NCBI GenBank assembly: GCA_964398505.1
Contig: CAYNMZ010000002.1
Span: 1 to 60,423, forward strand
Length of the DNA stretch: 60,423 bases
Origin: an uncultured Spirochaetia bacterium
Lineage (GTDB): Bacteria > Oederibacteriota > PGYV01 > CAYNMZ01
Direction: 5' to 3'
Shown here: positions 54,916-60,423 of the stretch, one piece after another
Layout: every line of letters begins with the position of its first letter
How positions within the stretch are numbered: position 1 is the stretch's first letter
Translations under genes and position numbers: made by a program
Notes under the pieces: generated by a model
Seen by the model: only the letters and a program-made list of their open reading frames with translations
Told to the model about the DNA's origin: nothing
Databases searched by the model: none

Positions 54916-57024
54916 ATGATATTCGCGCTTGACATAGGAACAAGAAAAGTGGCTGGCCTGATAGGCGGGGAAAAGGACGGCAGGGTAGTCATATCGGCAT
55001 CGGCTGTTCGCGAGCATGAGAAGCGTGCCATGCTTGACGGCCAGATACATTCCATACAGGGCGTAAGCTCGATAGTGGCGCGTATAAAGTCCGAGCTTGA
55101 GGAAAAAACAGGCGTAAAATTGCGGTCAGTTGTGACTGCGCTTGCCGGACGCAACCTGCATACGGAGAGCGCCGCGGCAGTTATCAGGAAAAAAGGCGAG
55201 ATAACGCGTGATGACATTTCCATAGCGGAACTTACCGCGGTCAGGGAAGCGTGCACGAAGCTTGAGGACTCGAAAAAAAAGCAGTATTATTGCGTGGGGT
55301 TCTCGCCTGTTGAATACATGATAGACGGGGAAGCGACAAAGTCACCGCTCCAGCACCCCGTAAAGGAATCGTTTTCCGTTTCCGTAATTGCCACGTTCCT
55401 GCCAAGGCCCGCGCTTGACAGCATGATAGCCGTATTCAGGAACTGCGGGCTGGAAATGGAAGCGATAACGCTTGAGCCTATAGCCGCCCTGAACGTCACC
55501 ATACCCGAGGACATGAGGCTTTTAAACCTCGCGCTTGTGGATGTGGGCGCGGGCACTTCAGACATAGCTGTGACCGAAAAGGGAAGGATAACCGCCTATG
55601 GAATGATACCAAAGGCGGGAGACGAGATAACCGAGGAAATATGCCACAGGTTGCTTGTGGATTTTAACGAAGCTGAAAGGATAAAAAGGTCGGCTGAGTC
55701 AGGGCCTGTGGAATACAGGGATATTTTTAACAACCTTAATACGCTGGCCGCGCAGGATTTCGTTTCCATTGTGTCTGATAAGGCGTCCGAGATAGCGTCT
55801 GAAATAGCGGATGCCATACTGGAACTGAACAAAAAGCAGCCTGCGGCAGTTGTAATGGTGGGCGGAGGCAGCTCGCTCGCGATACTGCGCGAAAAGGTGG
55901 CTGACAAGCTCGGTCTCCCGCGCAACCGGGTGGGAAGCAGGATGCCTGAAAATGTCATGCCAATAGACGGGCTTCCTCCGGAATTAAAGGGAGCTGAGGG
56001 TATTACGCCGGTTGGCATACTGGAAACAGCGCTTTCGGGCAGGGGCCTTGGTTTTGTTGACGTATACCTTAACGGAGAAAAGGAATATATAGTGAACCTT
56101 GAGCAGGAAATAAAGGTAATGGACGTGCTTGTGTCGGCCGGGCTGGACATGAAAGCCCTGTACGGCAGGCCGGGCAGCTCCATTACATATACCCTGAACG
56201 GCAAGCTGGGAATAATACGCGGCCAGAAGGCTGAACACGCGAAAATATTCATTAATGGCGTGGAATGCGACATATACAGGCGTGTTAGCAGGGGGGACAA
56301 GATATTCATCACTGCCGCAAAGGACGGAAGGGACGCATCGGCTAAAATAGGCGACGCGCTTCCGCCTGATTCGTTCATGACCGTGGAGATAAACGGGAGA
56401 CCTTTCAGGGTGGAACCCGTAATATACCTTAATAACAGGCAGGTGGCCGCTGACGAACCCCTGCCTGACAGGGCTGAAATAAAAACAGAGTATCCCGTGA
56501 CGGCCGAGGAAATACTTACAAAGGCAGGCTACGGCATCAGCAAGGGCGGCGAGCGGGACATAATAATAACACTGAACTCCGAGCCAGTGGTGTTAAAGCA
56601 GAGGAATTACAGGCTGAAGGCCAACGGTTCTGATATAAGCCCGGATTACAGGGTAAAGAGCATGGACAAGCTTGAATACAGTGACACTCCGTCGTTTTTC
56701 AGGATCAAGGATTTGACTGGCAATATGCCGCCGAAAAAGATGAGGATAAAGATAAACGGCAGGGAATTTGAGATAGAGACAGTAAGGCAGGAAATAACCA
56801 TGAACGGAAGGAAGGCCTCGCCCGATGAGTTCATAATAAACGGCGCGAACATAGAGGTCAGGATGTCCGAGGAGAGGCCGCTTTTATCTAGCATATTCAG
56901 GGTTTTCCCCATAGACTCGCAGAAAATGCGCGGCAAGCTGCTTGAGCTTAAGGTTAACGGTGAGAAAGCCGGCTACACTACTCAGCTTTCCGAGGGCGCT
57001 GAAATAGAAGTGAACTTCATCTAG
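54916..57024 (+). CDS. FtsA-like actin-fold ATPase with C-terminal beta-grasp-like repeats
   Basis: ALDIGTRKV, LEPIAA, VDVGAGTSD and VGGGS actin-fold motifs. The ~320-aa tail carries repeated I/VxxNG units. Confidence 0.8.
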   Translation: MIFALDIGTRKVAGLIGGEKDGRVVISASAVREHEKRAMLDGQIHSIQGVSSIVARIKSELEEKTGVKLRSVVTALAGRNLHTESAAAVIRKKGEITRDDISIAELTAVREACTKLEDSKKKQYYCVGFSPVEYMIDGEATKSPLQHPVKESFSVSVIATFLPRPALDSMIAVFRNCGLEMEAITLEPIAALNVTIPEDMRLLNLALVDVGAGTSDIAVTEKGRITAYGMIPKAGDEITEEICHRLLVDFNEAERIKRSAESGPVEYRDIFNNLNTLAAQDFVSIVSDKASEIASEIADAILELNKKQPAAVVMVGGGSSLAILREKVADKLGLPRNRVGSRMPENVMPIDGLPPELKGAEGITPVGILETALSGRGLGFVDVYLNGEKEYIVNLEQEIKVMDVLVSAGLDMKALYGRPGSSITYTLNGKLGIIRGQKAEHAKIFINGVECDIYRRVSRGDKIFITAAKDGRDASAKIGDALPPDSFMTVEINGRPFRVEPVIYLNNRQVAADEPLPDRAEIKTEYPVTAEEILTKAGYGISKGGERDIIITLNSEPVVLKQRNYRLKANGSDISPDYRVKSMDKLEYSDTPSFFRIKDLTGNMPPKKMRIKINGREFEIETVRQEITMNGRKASPDEFIINGANIEVRMSEERPLLSSIFRVFPIDSQKMRGKLLELKVNGEKAGYTTQLSEGAEIEVNFI

Positions 57025-57083
57025 GCCGGGTCAAAACGCCTGAAAAAATCAAACATTCCTGTTGTGCCTGAAAATCATTAATA

Positions 57084-57112
57084 TTGACATTAATACACTT
57101 CGGCTGTAAAAT
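57084..57112 (+). promoter_or_regulatory. dprA-topA promoter
   Basis: TTGACA, 17 bp, TAAAAT. Confidence 0.75.
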
Positions 57113-57155
57113 CTCACAAATTTTGGCACAGGCACATAAATAGAGGGGGTGCTTT

Positions 57156-58256
57156 ATGGACGAGCGGGGCGCGCTTATCGCGCTGAACATGGTTGACGGC
57201 ATCGGCAGCGTAAAGCTTCACAGGCTGATAGGCAGGTTTTCCTGCGCCAAGGATGTCTTTTCAGCTTCGGAAAACGAGCTCAGGTCAGTTGAAGGAATAG
57301 GCCCGGAGCTTGCGGCAAAAATAACATCGTTCAACGAGAGCGCGCTTGATGCAGAGTTAAAGGACGCTTCTGAAAAAAATATAAGCATAATAACAGTGCT
57401 TGACACTTCATACCCGGCGCTTTTGCGTGATATTTACGATCCGCCGCCTGTCCTTTACCAATACGGCAGGCCCTTGCCGGAAAACGGGCTGAAAATCGGC
57501 ATTGTGGGCACGCGCCAGGTGACAGAATACGGCAGGCAGGTCGTGAAAAAACTCACGGCCGAGATGGCCTCGTCAGGCAGGGAAATAAGCGTAATAAGCG
57601 GCATGGCAAAGGGAGTGGACTGCATTGCGCACAATGAGGCGTCAAGGCACGGCATTTACAACGCGGCTGTACTGGGCTACGGGCTGAACCTGGTTTACCC
57701 GTTTCACGCGCATTATACGGCGCGCGAGATAATAAAAAACGGCTGCCTTATGTCGGAGTTTCCCCTTAATGCATTAGGCTTAAAGCAAAATTTTCCGAGG
57801 CGTAACAGGGTGATAAGCGGCTTGTCACACGGCTGTGTGGTTGTGGAAGCCGGGGTAAAAAGCGGGGCGCTAATAACCGCTGACGCGGCCTTGGAACAGG
57901 GCAGGGAAGTTTTTGCGGTGCCTGGCAGTGTTTTTTCGGAAAAATCAGCAGGTACAAACAGCTTAATCAGGCAGGGAGCTAAGGCAGTCTCGTGCCTTGA
58001 TGACATACTGGAGGAAATCTCGCAAAGGTATGAAAGGAAAAAAAACCCGCAAACTTCAGGAACGTTCCTGCCCGAAGGTTTAAGCGAAGATGAAAAAAGA
58101 ATACTTGCCGCCATAGGCACTGAGAAAAAACATATTGACAATATAGCGATAGAAAGTAATATGGATACGGTCAAACTCAATTCGGTTATGACAATCCTTG
58201 AAATGAAAGGAATTGTCAGGCAGCTGGCGGGAAAGAATTTCACGCGCAGCGCCTGA
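57156..58256 (+). CDS. dprA: DNA-processing protein DprA
   Basis: YPALLRDIYDPPPVL, IVGTR, ISGMAKGVD, FPRRNRVISGLS, VVEAGVKSGALITA; C-terminal winged helix. Confidence 0.95.
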   Translation: MDERGALIALNMVDGIGSVKLHRLIGRFSCAKDVFSASENELRSVEGIGPELAAKITSFNESALDAELKDASEKNISIITVLDTSYPALLRDIYDPPPVLYQYGRPLPENGLKIGIVGTRQVTEYGRQVVKKLTAEMASSGREISVISGMAKGVDCIAHNEASRHGIYNAAVLGYGLNLVYPFHAHYTAREIIKNGCLMSEFPLNALGLKQNFPRRNRVISGLSHGCVVVEAGVKSGALITADAALEQGREVFAVPGSVFSEKSAGTNSLIRQGAKAVSCLDDILEEISQRYERKKNPQTSGTFLPEGLSEDEKRILAAIGTEKKHIDNIAIESNMDTVKLNSVMTILEMKGIVRQLAGKNFTRSA

Positions 58257-58288
58257 AGAAAAGCGTGAATATTCCGCCGGAGGAGAAC

Positions 58289-60423
58289 TTGGAAGAAAAA
58301 AAGGAAGAGTCAGGAAAAAAAAAGGCGAAAAAGACGAAAAAGGCCGGCAAGAACATAATCCTCGTCGAGTCCCCCACGAAGGTCAAGACCATAAATAAAT
58401 TCGTTAAGAACAAGTACGAGGTCCTTGCCACAAAAGGGCATATTATGGACCTGCCCAAGTCAAAACTCGGTATAGACATTGAAAATAATTTTGAACCCAC
58501 TTATATAGTCCTGCGCGACAAACGGAAAACCTTGAGCGAGCTTAAAAAAGAGATAAAAAAGGCTGACGAGGTGTTCCTGGCGGCCGACCCTGACCGAGAG
58601 GGCGAGGCCATATGCTGGCACGTGGCCGAAGAAATCAAGCGGTCGCTTAAAAAGCTCGGGGAGAAAAAATTGCACAGGGTCATGTTCAACGAGATAACCG
58701 AGGCCGCTGTGCTGAAGGCGCTTGAAAACCCTCGTGACATAGACATGAAGCTTGTTGACGCTCAGCAGGCGCGGCGCGTGCTTGACAGGCTGGTGGGATA
58801 CAAGATAAGCCCTCTTCTCTGGGGCGCGATAAGAAAGGGCCTCTCGGCAGGACGTGTACAGTCAGTGGCCTTAAAACTTATAGTTGACAGGCAGAGGGAA
58901 ATTGACGCGTTTAAGCCCGAGGAATACTGGAGCGTTGAGGCCAGGCTTGAGACGCCGAGGAAGGAAACTTTTACAGCCAAACTGTCAGAAAAGGACGGGG
59001 TCAAGATTGACCTGAAAAATTCCGGCCAGTCGCAGGAAGTGGTTGAAGACCTTAAAAAACAGGCTTACGTAGTATCCGAAGTCATAAAAAAGGAGCGCCG
59101 CAGGAAGGCGCTGCCTCCTTTTATAACTTCCACACTGCAACAGGAAGCCGCAAGACGGTATCATTTTACCGCGCAAAAGACCATGATAATAGCGCAGCAG
59201 CTTTACGAGGGAATTGAGCTTAAGGGCGAGGGACAGGCAGGCTTGATTACATATATGAGGACAGACTCATTGAGGGTGTCTGAGGACGCGCAAAAAGAGG
59301 CTGCTTCATATATTAAGGAAACCCTCGGCGATAAATACCTTCCTGAGACTCCGAACGTTTACAAGAGCAAGAAATCCGCCCAGGACGCGCATGAAGCCAT
59401 AAGGCCGTCATCTGCTTTCAGGACGCCGGAGAAAATAAGGGATTCATTGGACTCGGACCAGTACAAGATATATTCAATAATATGGAAGAGGTTCATAGCG
59501 TCGCAGATGACACAGGCTGTATTTGATGACACAAGGGTAAGGGTATCTGCCGGGCCTTATGTGTTTTTGGCAAGCGGTTCAGTGCAGAAATTTGACGGGT
59601 TTTTAAAGGTTTACGAGGAAGTAAAGACCGTAAACAGCGGGGAGGAGCTTTCAGAGCAGGAGGACAATTCTCTTCCTGAAATAAACCAGTCTGAAAACCT
59701 CGGCCTTATTGAGCTGCTGCCCGAGCAGCATTTTACCCAGCCGCCGCCCGCTTACACCGACGCCACGCTTGTCAAGACGCTGGAGGAAAAGGACATTGGA
59801 AGGCCGTCAACTTACGCGTCTATAATCTCCACGCTTGTGGCAAGGCGCTACATAGACAGGGAAAGGAATCGTTTCATACCCACGGAACTGGGGTTTCTTG
59901 TGTCCGACGTCCTGCTTAAGAGCTTTCCTGCTGTCATAAACGAGGAGTTCACGGCAAAGATGGAGGATGACCTTGACGCCATAGAGGAAGGAAAAGTTAA
60001 CTGGCGCGAGCTTATCAGAAATTTTTATGTGCCTTTTGAGCGGATGTTGAAAAACGCCGAAACCCATATGGATGAGCTTAAAAAGGAAATAGAAGGCGAC
60101 TTGAAGGAAACCTGCGAAAAGTGCGGGGGAAGGATGATAGTGAAATGGGGACGCTTCGGAAAGTTCATGTCCTGCGAAAAATACCCGGAATGCAAGAACG
60201 CCAAGCCGCTGCCCGGCAGCGAGCGGCCTGAGGAAAAGATAGACGAAAAATGCCCGACCTGCGGGGCTGACCTCCTGGTGAAGCAGGGGCCGTTCGGCAG
60301 CTTCGTGGCGTGCTCAAAATACCCCGACTGCAGGTATACGCGCCAGATAATAAAGGAAACCGGGGTTGAATGCCCTGACTGCGGGGGCAAGATAATAGAG
60401 CGCACTTTCAAGCGTTTCAGGAA
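58289..60423 (+). CDS. topA: DNA topoisomerase I (3'-truncated by the window edge; missing from the ORF track)
   Basis: TTG 58289 after GGAGG; ILVESPTK, AADPDREGEAI, SAGRVQS, ITYMRTDS, IGRPSTY and C-terminal zinc ribbons (CEKC..CEKYPEC, CPTC..CSKYPDC). No stop before the end. Confidence 0.95.
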   Translation, partial: MEEKKEESGKKKAKKTKKAGKNIILVESPTKVKTINKFVKNKYEVLATKGHIMDLPKSKLGIDIENNFEPTYIVLRDKRKTLSELKKEIKKADEVFLAADPDREGEAICWHVAEEIKRSLKKLGEKKLHRVMFNEITEAAVLKALENPRDIDMKLVDAQQARRVLDRLVGYKISPLLWGAIRKGLSAGRVQSVALKLIVDRQREIDAFKPEEYWSVEARLETPRKETFTAKLSEKDGVKIDLKNSGQSQEVVEDLKKQAYVVSEVIKKERRRKALPPFITSTLQQEAARRYHFTAQKTMIIAQQLYEGIELKGEGQAGLITYMRTDSLRVSEDAQKEAASYIKETLGDKYLPETPNVYKSKKSAQDAHEAIRPSSAFRTPEKIRDSLDSDQYKIYSIIWKRFIASQMTQAVFDDTRVRVSAGPYVFLASGSVQKFDGFLKVYEEVKTVNSGEELSEQEDNSLPEINQSENLGLIELLPEQHFTQPPPAYTDATLVKTLEEKDIGRPSTYASIISTLVARRYIDRERNRFIPTELGFLVSDVLLKSFPAVINEEFTAKMEDDLDAIEEGKVNWRELIRNFYVPFERMLKNAETHMDELKKEIEGDLKETCEKCGGRMIVKWGRFGKFMSCEKYPECKNAKPLPGSERPEEKIDEKCPTCGADLLVKQGPFGSFVACSKYPDCRYTRQIIKETGVECPDCGGKIIERTFKRFR

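Noticed and set aside
54916-57024. Calling this canonical ftsA
   Set aside because: It is ~280 aa too long, has a repeat tail instead of the amphipathic helix, and has no ftsQ or ftsZ beside it.
57156-58256. dprA as evidence of a competence island
   Set aside because: dprA-topA is a widespread conserved pairing, and no com genes are present here.
58213-58398. 61-aa ORF between dprA and topA
   Set aside because: It is an off-frame overlap of the dprA end and the Lys-rich topA start.

Overview
This is a gene-dense bacterial chromosomal segment of about 60 kb, almost all on the + strand, with about 55 CDS. I found no rRNA, tRNA, CRISPR array, transposase or integrase. Left part: envelope glycosylation (YfhO GT-C, Dpm1-like GT2, epimerase), thpR, a methyltransferase, a catalytically dead FabD-like protein and pcrA/uvrD. 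Next come a tandem pair of paralogous coiled-coil proteins that both end in Gly-Gly, a dGTPase, a radical SAM enzyme, an acyl-CoA ligase and nadE, then a mixed block (cNMP protein, beta-propeller, CDF, PfkB, UbiA-type prenyl-phosphoribosyltransferase, GGDEF, cutA, pyk, FecR, transglutaminase-like TPR protein, GH-like protein). Middle: the conserved rpsB-tsf-pyrH-frr-uppS-cdsA-dxr-rseP-ispG-proS cluster and a cold-shock gene. Right: a ~16 kb chemosensory locus of F1/Dif-like composition (44H-type MCP with no sensor domain, CheR/B/D, 2 CheC, 2 CheY, 2 CheW, CheA) with no flagellar genes, followed by dprA and a truncated topA. This locus is the best candidate for an undescribed system. It carries an MshEN-CheW fusion, a large TPR protein and a divergent P-II (Q39E, Y51M) as a translationally coupled triplet. 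It is headed by a secretin-associated-like lipoprotein and ends in an FtsA/PilM-like ATPase with beta-grasp repeats. Second theme: about 10 intergenic and intragenic elements built from 7-bp periodic repeats, many forming inverted pairs. Taxonomy cannot be fixed from sequence alone; an uncultured diderm lineage such as Ca. Goldiibacteriota is only a guess. All family calls come from motif recognition by eye; no database searches were run.
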